The notes beneath the pieces are model-generated. The model made no database searches, had not been told where the DNA came from, and saw only the letters and a list, made by a program, of their open reading frames with translations. A stretch of 64,000 nucleotides of DNA, from positions 352,001 through 416,000 of the forward strand of contig JBFWLW010000001.1 in NCBI GenBank assembly GCA_050251945.1, in the 5' to 3' direction. The position numbers were made by a program, and so were the translations under genes. Source of the DNA: Deferribacterales bacterium. Lineage in GTDB: Bacteria; Chrysiogenota; Deferribacteres; Deferribacterales; Geovibrionaceae. This document shows positions 39,763 to 49,132 of the stretch, piece by piece. The number at the start of each line of letters is the position of its first letter. Within the stretch, counting starts at the first letter, position 1.

Positions 39763-39888
39763 GGATCGCCGCGTCGCTTTATTCGACAAATAGTTTAAAG
39801 TGGACTCATTCAGCCTTCGGCTAGTGCTCCTCGCGAAGACATAAATTACTGTCTCTGCGAGGAAGCCTTTGGCTGACGCGGCAGTCTC
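39763..39888. repeat. REP-like dyad with an insertion in its first unit
   Basis: GGATCGCCGCGTCGCT...GCTCCTCGCGAAGAC ... GTCTCTGCGAGGAAGC..GCTGACGCGGCAGTCTC. Confidence 0.75.
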
Positions 39889-39903
39889 ATTATTTAATAT
39901 ATT

Positions 39904-41187
39904 TTATAAACTGTCTTTCTCGCCTATTATTCCGGCAGACCAAAGCAGATTGGCATATTGCACGCGATAATCGCGCCATGCCTGCGCCAGCCGAACCTGA
40001 GCGTTTCTGAGGTTATACTCCGCATCATCCACTTCCAGTTTGGTCTTAACGCCATAAGCGTATCCTTTTTCCGCCATATCAAGAAGTTTAGCCGCCTCGT
40101 CAACAGTGCCGCCCGCCGCGTCTATAACTTCCACAGCCTCTTTAACACGGCTTACAGCCTGACGCACATCAAGTGAAACGGAATCTTCCGTCTGCAACTG
40201 CTGTAACTTTATTTTGCGCAGGTCGCTCTGAGCCTGAATCACTTTTCCTTTGGTCTCTAGACCGTCGAAAAACGGAAACGACATCTTTATACCTGCATTC
40301 CACGTGGTCAGATTCTTCTCATCGTCCCCGTCAAGCCTCATACGGTCGTAAGAACCTTCGAGATCAAGCCTTGGTTTGTCACCGGCATGGCTGACCTGCA
40401 CCATCTCTTTATTGAAATCCACCATCAGTTTCTTATCAAGTATTTCAGGACGGTTTTCCATAGCGGATCTCAGCACGGCTTCATAATCTGTCGTTTCGAT
40501 ACTCTCCGGTTTAAGTTCCCCGTCAGCGTCGATATCGTAGTTGATGCCGAGTATGTATTTAAGGTTGTCCTTAGCAATGTTCAGGTTGTTGCTGTAGGTT
40601 ATCACATCCGGCTGTGCATTTTTAAGGGCTACACGAGCCGACAGAACATCATAATCCGTTGCAGTTCCGAGTTTATATTTCTTTTCGGCTTCGGCAAGAT
40701 GTCTCTCCCGCTGTTTAACGTTCTCCTGTGCTATGTACAGAAGTCTTCTGGTAAGCAGAATATCGGTGAAAGCCACCGTAACATCCCTTACAGCCGCCTG
40801 CCTGTACATTCTGAGCTGTTCGTCTCCTGTGCGAAGCCCTATCTTTGCCGCGCGGATGGCGGCGCCGACCTGACCCCATGTGAAGAGAGCCTGTTTAACA
40901 GATACTCCGGCGTTATATTGGTTAAAGACGTCAGAGTTCACCGCGGAACCTGTCGAAGCATCTTTTGCCCTTGCAACGCCTCCGTAAAGTGTTGCTGTCG
41001 GCAGAGCCGCCGCACGCTCTTCAACATAAACTCCCTGAAGGTAAGTCATATATTCCTTTGCCTGCTCGACGCTCTTGTTCTTTTCCATCGCTATATCAAT
41101 CGCCTCTTTCAGCGTCAGCACCTTGACTTCCTGCGCGGACACAATCAAAGGCATTATCATCATTAAAGCAATCAGTATCTTTCTCAT
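39904..41187 (-). CDS. TolC-family outer membrane efflux protein
   Basis: Signal peptide, LTLKEAIDIAMEKN, two OEP repeats; in RND operon. Confidence 0.9.
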   Translation of the reverse strand: MRKILIALMMIMPLIVSAQEVKVLTLKEAIDIAMEKNKSVEQAKEYMTYLQGVYVEERAAALPTATLYGGVARAKDASTGSAVNSDVFNQYNAGVSVKQALFTWGQVGAAIRAAKIGLRTGDEQLRMYRQAAVRDVTVAFTDILLTRRLLYIAQENVKQRERHLAEAEKKYKLGTATDYDVLSARVALKNAQPDVITYSNNLNIAKDNLKYILGINYDIDADGELKPESIETTDYEAVLRSAMENRPEILDKKLMVDFNKEMVQVSHAGDKPRLDLEGSYDRMRLDGDDEKNLTTWNAGIKMSFPFFDGLETKGKVIQAQSDLRKIKLQQLQTEDSVSLDVRQAVSRVKEAVEVIDAAGGTVDEAAKLLDMAEKGYAYGVKTKLEVDDAEYNLRNAQVRLAQAWRDYRVQYANLLWSAGIIGEKDSL

Positions 41188-44100
41188 GCATGTCCCCCAA
41201 ACCCGAAGAACTTTTTAAGCTTGCCCGCAAAATCATCAAGCAGAGTATAGACAACAGGCACGACAACCAGTGTAAGTATCGTAGAGGTTATCAGACCGCC
41301 TATTACGGCTCTTGCCATAGGAGCCCGCATCTCGGCACCCGCACCGATGGCAAGTGCCAGCGGAAGCATACCGGATATCATCGCGAGGGTTGTCATCATG
41401 ATAGGGCGGAATCTTGTACGCCCCGCCTGAATAAGCGCCTCGTTGCGTTCCATACCTGCCGCACGCAAATGTTTAGCGTAATCTATCAGCAGAATGGCGT
41501 TCTTGGTAACCAATCCCATCAGCATGATAAGACCTATCAGCGACATGATGTTTATGGTATCGCCAGTGAGGTGCAGCATACCCGCCATACCCAAAATAGA
41601 GAGAGGCAGAGAAAACATGATGGCAAACGGTTCAATAAACGATTCAAACTGCGCCGCAAGAACCAGATAAACCATCAGAACCGCCAGAATAAGCGCTTCC
41701 GCCATATATCCGAACGATTCCGCCATATCCTCGCCCTCCCCTGCAAAAGAAAAATCATACCCCAGATCGGTCTTAATTGTAGGTATAACATCCGCTTTCA
41801 CAAGGTTAACAGCAGTACCGATGGGCAGATCGTCAAGGTTTGCCATAACGTCCACTTTGCGCTCCAGGTTCTGTCTGTTAATCTGAGAAGGTGTTGTATC
41901 TATCTCATATGATGCAATGTTTCTAAGTGTCACAAGTGTATTTGCACCATCCTTGCTCTCAACTGCAAGTTTAAGGTTCATAAGCTGTTCAGGATTCTGC
42001 CTGTATTTTTCACCTAATCTCACCCTTATATCCACTGCGTCACCATCGGATTCTTCGTATGTCGAAGCCACCGTGCCGCCGAAAAGCGTGCTGACAGTGT
42101 TAACGACATCCTGCGAATTAAGCCCCACAGCCGCCGCCTTGTCTCTGTCCACTTTTATCCTGTATTCGGGCGTATCGTCTTCAAGAGATGTATCTATATC
42201 CACGATACCTTTGACCTTAGACATCTTTTCTTTCAGTTCAGCGGAGTATTTTTTCAACAGGTTAATATCACTGCCCTGAATTGTCACGACCAGCGGTTTG
42301 TTTGAACTGCCGAGCCCTCCTGCCTCTTCTATTGACGTACGAACCCCGGCAACGCCGAGAAAGCGTTTTCTGAAATCCTGTTCAATCTCTTTCTGGCTTC
42401 TGTTTCTTGTATCTTTCGGTTTAAGCTTCACATACAGAACGCCTTTCCGTACAACACCGCTATCGCCTGCGCCTATGGTGCCGTATGTATGATCGACCTC
42501 CGGCACGTCCTTGACAGAGGCAAGCATAGCATTCAGCCTGTTCTCGCTCTCATATATTGAAGCATCGGGAGCTGTTGTAAAACTGATCTGAAACTCGCCT
42601 TTGTCCTCTTCGGTCATGAATGCGCCTTCAAGCGTGCCGAAAAGAAATAAACCGAGAAAAAATGCGAGAGATGTCACAACCGAAATTGTAATCCGGTGAT
42701 TCAAAGCCCATCTCACTGCACCTTTATAGCTGTCTGCTGTTCTGTCAAAAAGCAGATTGAATTTATGCACGCGTCTGCCCAGCCACGTCCCCTGCGGATT
42801 TCCGATGGCAGGGTCATGCCAGCGTGAAGACAGCATAGGGTCGAGGGTGAACGAAACCAGCAGAGAAACAGCGACTGCGAACGCAACCGTCATTCCGAAC
42901 GAGAAAAAGAATTTACCGACTATCCCTTTCATAAACGCTACGGGAACGAATACCGCCATGACCGACAGCGTGGTTGCCATAACCGCAAGTCCGATCTCTG
43001 CGGTACCCTCCTTCGCCGCCGTCATATGGTCTTTTCCCATCTCAACGTGCCTTACGATGTTTTCACGAACGACGATGGCGTCGTCGATAAGCATACCGAT
43101 AGCCAGAGACAGCGCCATAAGAGTCATAACGTTGAGGCTCATTCCCAGTGCATAGATGGCTATGAAAGACGAAACGACCGAAATGGGCAGTGTCAGCCCC
43201 GTGATAACGGTGGATCGCCATGAGTTGATGAAAAGAAAAACTATCAGCACGGTAAGGATACCGCCGATGATTATAGTATGCTGAACATCCTCAAGTGAAT
43301 CGCGTATCTGCTGTGACGCATCGCGCACAACTGTGAGTTTTACGTCTGCCGGCAGATCCTTTTCTATTTTCTTAACACGATCCAAAACGTCGTCGACAAC
43401 CTGCACCACGTTAGCGCCGGACTGCTTTATTACGTCCACCGATACGGCAGGGTTGCCGTTATAAAGCGAGGTCGTCCGTTTTTCTTCAATACCGTCAATT
43501 ATATCAGCAACTTCCGAAAGTCTGACGGCTCTGCCGTCCAGAGATGTGACGGTAAGGCTGTTCAGTTCGTCAACGTATTCGCTTTTTCCCGATACGCGCA
43601 CCGAATATTCGCCGCTCTTTTTCGTCATACGCCCCAGCGGAGTATTGACGTTCTCCTGTTTGATACCGTTCATGACCGATGTAATGGACACGCCAAGGCT
43701 TTCGAGCTTAAGCGGGTCAATTACGATATTGACCTCCTTTTCGGAGGAACCGATAAGGTTTACCTTTCCCACGCCCTGAATGGATTCCAGACGTTTTTTG
43801 ACAACCTTGTCAACCACATCCGTAAGCTCTCTTGGGGAAAGTATTTTTGACTCCGCTGCCACGGAAACTATAGGCATGTCGTTAAAATCTATCTTCTGGA
43901 TGATGGGTTCTTCAATATCATCAGGCAGATCACCTCTGATAGCGCCTATCTTGGCGCGAACCTCAGGGTTAACCGCGTCAATATCCACCTCAAGTTCAAA
44001 TTCCACAACAACGGTGGAAACACCTTCTGATGAATACGAATATATCTTTTTAACGCCAGCAACAGGGTTTACAGCCTCTTCTATCTTCTTGCTGACCTCT

Positions 44101-44282
44101 GTTTCAACCGTCTGTGCAGATGCACCTTCATATTTTGTAACGACTGATATTACAGGAATATCAACGTTCGGGAACTCCTCAACAGATAGCCTGTTGTATG
44201 AAAAAATCCCCAGCACCACCAGCGTCAACATTACGACGGCGGCAAATACAGGGCGTTTTATTGAAAGATCGGAGAGAAACAT
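41184..44282 (-). CDS. RND efflux permease (AcrB/HAE1 family)
   Basis: SIKRPVFA, LAIGMLIDDAIVVRENI, GLVTKNAILLID, RFRPIMMTT. Confidence 0.95.
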   Translation of the reverse strand: MFLSDLSIKRPVFAAVVMLTLVVLGIFSYNRLSVEEFPNVDIPVISVVTKYEGASAQTVETEVSKKIEEAVNPVAGVKKIYSYSSEGVSTVVVEFELEVDIDAVNPEVRAKIGAIRGDLPDDIEEPIIQKIDFNDMPIVSVAAESKILSPRELTDVVDKVVKKRLESIQGVGKVNLIGSSEKEVNIVIDPLKLESLGVSITSVMNGIKQENVNTPLGRMTKKSGEYSVRVSGKSEYVDELNSLTVTSLDGRAVRLSEVADIIDGIEEKRTTSLYNGNPAVSVDVIKQSGANVVQVVDDVLDRVKKIEKDLPADVKLTVVRDASQQIRDSLEDVQHTIIIGGILTVLIVFLFINSWRSTVITGLTLPISVVSSFIAIYALGMSLNVMTLMALSLAIGMLIDDAIVVRENIVRHVEMGKDHMTAAKEGTAEIGLAVMATTLSVMAVFVPVAFMKGIVGKFFFSFGMTVAFAVAVSLLVSFTLDPMLSSRWHDPAIGNPQGTWLGRRVHKFNLLFDRTADSYKGAVRWALNHRITISVVTSLAFFLGLFLFGTLEGAFMTEEDKGEFQISFTTAPDASIYESENRLNAMLASVKDVPEVDHTYGTIGAGDSGVVRKGVLYVKLKPKDTRNRSQKEIEQDFRKRFLGVAGVRTSIEEAGGLGSSNKPLVVTIQGSDINLLKKYSAELKEKMSKVKGIVDIDTSLEDDTPEYRIKVDRDKAAAVGLNSQDVVNTVSTLFGGTVASTYEESDGDAVDIRVRLGEKYRQNPEQLMNLKLAVESKDGANTLVTLRNIASYEIDTTPSQINRQNLERKVDVMANLDDLPIGTAVNLVKADVIPTIKTDLGYDFSFAGEGEDMAESFGYMAEALILAVLMVYLVLAAQFESFIEPFAIMFSLPLSILGMAGMLHLTGDTINIMSLIGLIMLMGLVTKNAILLIDYAKHLRAAGMERNEALIQAGRTRFRPIMMTTLAMISGMLPLALAIGAGAEMRAPMARAVIGGLITSTILTLVVVPVVYTLLDDFAGKLKKFFGFGGHA

Positions 44283-44290
44283 TTATTCAC

Positions 44291-45433
44291 CTACTTCCCT
44301 ACGGAGACCTTGTCTCCGTCCTTGATAGTAAAGCCGCCTCTGACAACAACGCTGTCGCCGTCGTTAAGTCCGGAGGTCACTTCCACCATTCCGTTATGAA
44401 CATGCCCGATAGAGACGTCCTTAAGCACAGCGTTACCGTCCTTAACAATGTATATCTTCGCTTTGCGCGCGGCATTATCATTGCCCAAAAGAACAGACTG
44501 GGGCAGGAGAAATACCATTCTTTTATTACCTGTAAATATTTTTGCCTTTGTAAAAAAGCCTGATTTGAGAAGATTTTCATTGTTTCTCACTTCAATATTC
44601 ACCTTAACAGACCTGTCTGCTGTATCCACCTGAGGGTTCACATAAGCAACTTTTCCTTCAAAAACCTTTTCAGGAAACGCATCCACAGTAAATTCAACGC
44701 GGCTTCCAACGCCCACACCGGCTATATCAACAGTGGGGATGCTCACTTTCAGGTCATAAACACTTTCATCAATGATGCTGAAGAGTGCATCGCTGTTATC
44801 GCCGCCTGCCATATCGCCGACGTTTGCATTGCGTGCTGAAACAGTACCTGAAATGGGAGCCACGATGTCAGACTTGCCAAGGCGAATCGCTGCCTGCCGG
44901 TGGTCTTCCTGAGCCGCAGCAACCTGTGCCAGAGCAGCCGCCACACGAGCCTTTGCAGACGCCATATCAGTGTTAGCGTCATCAAGCTGCTGCTGAGTTG
45001 CCAGACCGGACTGCTTGAGATTCTGCATCCTCACAAGCTCTCTGTCCGCTTTGCTCAGATAAGTCTGTGATTCAAGATATGCCGCTTTTGCATTTTCTGC
45101 CGACGCTTTTGCCCGGGCTGCTGTAGCTGAAAGTTCATCTGAATCTATTTTTGCAAGAAGCTCTCCCTTTTTGACCTTGACCCAGTCGTTAACATAGACC
45201 TCGCGAACCTTTCCCGAAATCTCGGATCGCACGTCCGCACTGTACTTTGCCGTGAGATTTCCGGTGGATTCAACATAGTTCTCCACCTCCTGAGCCTTCA
45301 CAGAAGACGTTTCAACAGCAATACCGCTGTCGGTCTTAACTTCTTCCTGCTTATCCTTCTTTTTACCTGACAAAGCTACGATCACGATAACGGCAAGCAC
45401 CGCAACGGCAATATAGATAACCCTCTTTTTCAT
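44291..45433 (-). CDS. RND periplasmic adaptor (MFP)
   Basis: N-terminal TM, lipoyl/hairpin domains, I.APISG.V, SGL..GD.VV. Confidence 0.92.
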   Translation of the reverse strand: MKKRVIYIAVAVLAVIVIVALSGKKKDKQEEVKTDSGIAVETSSVKAQEVENYVESTGNLTAKYSADVRSEISGKVREVYVNDWVKVKKGELLAKIDSDELSATAARAKASAENAKAAYLESQTYLSKADRELVRMQNLKQSGLATQQQLDDANTDMASAKARVAAALAQVAAAQEDHRQAAIRLGKSDIVAPISGTVSARNANVGDMAGGDNSDALFSIIDESVYDLKVSIPTVDIAGVGVGSRVEFTVDAFPEKVFEGKVAYVNPQVDTADRSVKVNIEVRNNENLLKSGFFTKAKIFTGNKRMVFLLPQSVLLGNDNAARKAKIYIVKDGNAVLKDVSIGHVHNGMVEVTSGLNDGDSVVVRGGFTIKDGDKVSVGK

Positions 45434-45443
45434 TCAAAAACCT

Positions 45444-46034
45444 CTATTTTTTTATTAATACTTTATCGAAAAGCTTATTGACCAGACGACGCAGATCGTC
45501 GTTGGTCATTTTTACAGAACACTCTATCATTCTGGTATCGAAGCAAAAAAACAGAACAGAAAGAAGGATGGTTACAAAATCGGCAACATCCATTAATTCA
45601 AGTTCGCCATTTTCAATACCTTCATGCAAGATGAAAGACACTTTATCCGCCATACGAATGGGAAATTCATCAAAATCTATCTGCGGTGCTCCCTGCGGAG
45701 GTCCGTAGATCATGGCGTGCATCAGCCTCACATACTCCATACGTTTTTCCTGAACATCCATGAGGTCGATGAACATGTTCAATATCATCTCATGAGCAGA
45801 CACACCTTTCAGAGGATATTTTTCCATGATCGCTTCAAATTCGACAAAGGCATAGTTCATTATTTCAGTGTAGATACCCGCCTTATTTTTAAAATAGTAA
45901 TAAAGCATAGGCTTTGTAACCTTTGCTTCCTGCACTATCATGCTGACGGAAGTTGCGGAATAACCTTTTGATACAAACAACTTCACTGCCGCTTCCAGCA
46001 ATCTGTGCCTTGCATCGTCCTTTAAATTGTCCAT
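45444..46034 (-). CDS. TetR/AcrR-family regulator
   Basis: LLEAA..LF..KGY..TSV..I...A.VTKPMLYYYFKNK. Confidence 0.92.
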   Translation of the reverse strand: MDNLKDDARHRLLEAAVKLFVSKGYSATSVSMIVQEAKVTKPMLYYYFKNKAGIYTEIMNYAFVEFEAIMEKYPLKGVSAHEMILNMFIDLMDVQEKRMEYVRLMHAMIYGPPQGAPQIDFDEFPIRMADKVSFILHEGIENGELELMDVADFVTILLSVLFFCFDTRMIECSVKMTNDDLRRLVNKLFDKVLIKK

Positions 46035-46044
46035 ATTTCTCACC

Positions 46045-46068
46045 TGTTTACTTATCGGTAGGTAAACA
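46045..46068. promoter_or_regulatory. TetR operator palindrome at the promoter of the efflux operon
   Basis: TGTTTACTTATCGGTAGGTAAACA near-perfect inverted repeat; TTGACT/TAGTGT promoter on the minus strand. Confidence 0.75.
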
Positions 46069-46111
46069 CTAAACAGAAAAAAAAGTCAAGTATGAAAAAT
46101 GTAAAGAAAGG

Positions 46112-47557
46112 TCAGGCTGTTCTGATTGTATTATGACCGCAGCTCTTCGCATCGGCGAGTGCGCTTTCCGCACGGAAAGTCATGCTCGCTTCTGTTTCAT
46201 AGTTTGCGTGAGGGGCGATGCCGGCACAAAGTTTAACGATCTCGTTCTCTGCGAGCCGAAGTATCTTTGCGTCAGTGTTAACTGCTTCAAGCACCATCAT
46301 AGCTGTGTGATTAGCCTCTTCAGAGGCAACACCAGCTATAACCATGAACTCGTCGCCGTTCCATCTGGCGACAGTGCTGTCGCTGCCGATTGTCTCTTTG
46401 ATTATCGAGGCAATACGCTCAAGTATCATATCTCCGCAGATATGTCCGTAACGGTCGTTTATCCCTTTAAAATCGTCAATATCAAACAAAATAAGTGAAA
46501 AATCTCCGGAAGCGGCAATCTGCATATTAAAAAGGCGTATGAACTCCTGTCTGTTGAAACAACCCATGAGCACGTCGCCTCCGGGTTCGGTCTCCAGTTT
46601 GCTGTGGTAATAGTTTATAACGGATATTATAACACCCAGTATCAGCAGGGTCAGTATAAAGCCTATCATCGTGTTCTTTATGAAATTCTGCCATATGTTC
46701 TTAAGTGCGGAATTCTGATTCTGAACCACCAGAAGAAACCAGTTAAGCTCCGGAATATATCTTGATGTCAAAAGCATATGACCGTTTGCACTGTCATATT
46801 CAAAATTACCGGAGATGTAGGATACCTGTAATATCTGTGGCGCTATCTCACCTATACCCGGCGCTTTTTTTATGTTTAACTGATTGATAACCGTGTTTCT
46901 GGCACTGACCTGAATATTTCCGTCCATATCAACAAGAAAAATATCCCTGTCATATCTGACCTGATATTCGGAAAGAAGGTTTTTTATCCGTTCCAGTTCA
47001 AGCCCGACGCCTGTCACACCAAGAAGTTTATGATCGTAATCATGCACGCGGTGGTTGATAAATATTGTCATAGTGTTCCGTTCAGCCTGATTGGTATCAA
47101 CGGTCAGTTCATAGGGTTCATACTTAGCCGTAAAGTCGTAATACCACTTATCGCGGGGCGTATCTTTTGATATTTTTTTCAGAATACCATCGTAATAATA
47201 ATAGTTTCCTGTTTGAGCAGAAACGAAAAACGACGCGAAAAAGTCGTATTTATGCTTAATGTGTGTGAGGTATTTCTTTATCTGCGTAACATTCTTTTCG
47301 CCGCCGATCGCCCAGTCCTTAACGAAAGTGTCGTTTGCCATCAGAGACGAGATAAATATCGGGCGCATAAGATCGCGCTGTATCTCAGAATAGATGTTGT
47401 CACGGGTAAGCGGAAGAGAAGTATTGATTATGCTGCTGCGCAGTGAATCCTTTGCTGCCTGATAGCTCACGATGTTAGTTATAAAATAACCTGAAAACAG
47501 TAAGACACTGATAAATATGAACAGGTATACCCTGTTCACCAGTTTTTTTCCAGCCAT
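46112..47557 (-). CDS. Cache-sensor diguanylate cyclase-like protein (NGDEF)
   Basis: 2 TM plus periplasmic Cache; DIDDFK.IND.YGH.CGD, ARWNGDEF. Confidence 0.85.
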   Translation of the reverse strand: MAGKKLVNRVYLFIFISVLLFSGYFITNIVSYQAAKDSLRSSIINTSLPLTRDNIYSEIQRDLMRPIFISSLMANDTFVKDWAIGGEKNVTQIKKYLTHIKHKYDFFASFFVSAQTGNYYYYDGILKKISKDTPRDKWYYDFTAKYEPYELTVDTNQAERNTMTIFINHRVHDYDHKLLGVTGVGLELERIKNLLSEYQVRYDRDIFLVDMDGNIQVSARNTVINQLNIKKAPGIGEIAPQILQVSYISGNFEYDSANGHMLLTSRYIPELNWFLLVVQNQNSALKNIWQNFIKNTMIGFILTLLILGVIISVINYYHSKLETEPGGDVLMGCFNRQEFIRLFNMQIAASGDFSLILFDIDDFKGINDRYGHICGDMILERIASIIKETIGSDSTVARWNGDEFMVIAGVASEEANHTAMMVLEAVNTDAKILRLAENEIVKLCAGIAPHANYETEASMTFRAESALADAKSCGHNTIRTA

Positions 47558-47661
47558 TAACTTCTCCGGGGCTTTTTATAATAATAATTCAAAGATGCAT
47601 GTTTAATTATTGTACATTAAAAATGCAAAAACAACAGATCAAGATACAATTTTTATCAATT

Positions 47662-47958
47662 TTAACGGGTCTGCACTCCTTCAAACATGATAACTCTATA
47701 GTCAGCACCGAGAAATCTGTGAGTTCTGACTTTTTTGTATTCATCGCTGTTATACCATGCGAGAGCTTCCTGTCTTGTGGGAAATTCCAGCAGAACTGTG
47801 CCGAGAGCTTCGGAACCTTCCAGTGTTTCTATCTCACCATATACAGCCAGCTTCTTCATATTCCTTCCGGCAGAAGTTGCAGGCACAAGTTTTTTATATT
47901 CATCTATCTCACTTTGATCTGTAATCCCGTCTTCGATGAATATTATGTAATACGGCAT
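47662..47958 (-). CDS. DUF1330 protein
   Basis: ETLEG......LLEFP...A.AWYNS.EY...R..R. Confidence 0.85.
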   Translation of the reverse strand: MPYYIIFIEDGITDQSEIDEYKKLVPATSAGRNMKKLAVYGEIETLEGSEALGTVLLEFPTRQEALAWYNSDEYKKVRTHRFLGADYRVIMFEGVQTR

Positions 47959-47967
47959 ATTTATCTC

Positions 47968-48960
47968 CTATAAAACAAGTTTGTCGTTTCTCAGGTCAAA
48001 ATCCTCATGGGTATACCAGTCCCTGCCACGTTTAACAGCAATAAAATTGCGCCTCTCCGCCAGCTTTTTGAGATTGAGAATTGAAAGACCGCTATTCATA
48101 CTGCTCAGAGGCTTCAGAACATAACCTTTCTCTTTGACCAGCAGATTGCATATGTACATATCCAGACTGTCGGAAAGCAGTTCCCCTATCATGCCGGACA
48201 TTTTTTCAGCCGTAATTTCATACAATTTATCAGGTATATTATGATACGACTGCGGTAATGTCAGAGTGAAACCCATCTGTTCCTTAAATTCTTTTATCGC
48301 GGCAAAATACTCTTTAATATCCTCTTCCTCACCGCGTATGGATATCAGCGGCAGACCGCACGCAATAAGTATATAGTTCGTAAGGATACGCCCCACACGC
48401 CCGTTTCCGTCTTCAAAAGGATGAACAGCTTCAAAATAACAGTGCTGTTTCGCAATGAAACCGATAAGTTCTTTTATATTTATCCTTTTCGTGCGGTATG
48501 CATCCACACGGGAATTAACAAAGTCCATATACATGTCCAGCAGAAGCGGAATCTCCACAAAATCCGGATACTGAACACCGTCAGGAGCTGTCATATTGTC
48601 CCGCCGCAGACCCGGATATTGGTTTTCATCCAGCAAAAGCATGCCGTTCAGCTTTCTGAAATCCTCAAAGACAAGGCTGAAAGTCCCTTTCACCTTATCC
48701 GCAAAAGCCTGATCATAGTATACAGTCGCCGCCTTATGATATCGCAAAGCCTTCGCGGCATTTGCTGAACGGACAGGTTCTTTCTCTGCAAGAACAGCTT
48801 CCGCCTCTTTCAAAGGCACATAAAAACCTTCTATCATCACCGAATTGCGCGCCTCATCCGTAAGTATACCGCACCATTCCGGTTTATAAACTGCTGGCTT
48901 GCTTGTCCCGCCAAGTTTTTTCAGTATATTTATGCGCCTTTCAAGAAGCACGTATAGCAT
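47968..48960 (-). CDS. Fic-family AMPylase with a C-terminal DNA-binding-like tail
   Basis: HPFEDGNGRVGR; N-terminal SVMIEG inhibitory motif. Confidence 0.9.
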   Translation of the reverse strand: MLYVLLERRINILKKLGGTSKPAVYKPEWCGILTDEARNSVMIEGFYVPLKEAEAVLAEKEPVRSANAAKALRYHKAATVYYDQAFADKVKGTFSLVFEDFRKLNGMLLLDENQYPGLRRDNMTAPDGVQYPDFVEIPLLLDMYMDFVNSRVDAYRTKRINIKELIGFIAKQHCYFEAVHPFEDGNGRVGRILTNYILIACGLPLISIRGEEEDIKEYFAAIKEFKEQMGFTLTLPQSYHNIPDKLYEITAEKMSGMIGELLSDSLDMYICNLLVKEKGYVLKPLSSMNSGLSILNLKKLAERRNFIAVKRGRDWYTHEDFDLRNDKLVL

Positions 48961-49132
48961 AACCCCACCGTAATACTTTAATAATAAAATAATATACCGT
49001 TTATAATTATCTACAATATAAATTGCCGGCTAAAAATTGCACACAATTCGCACTCATCTTTAACACAAGAATTCCAACACACTCCACAGTGTTTATAAAG
49101 TATCATTCACCATCAAGCGGAGGGTTACGGTC

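Noticed and set aside
9211..39888. Repeats as a CRISPR array
   Set aside because: Dispersed inverted dyads, not regularly spaced direct repeats; no cas genes
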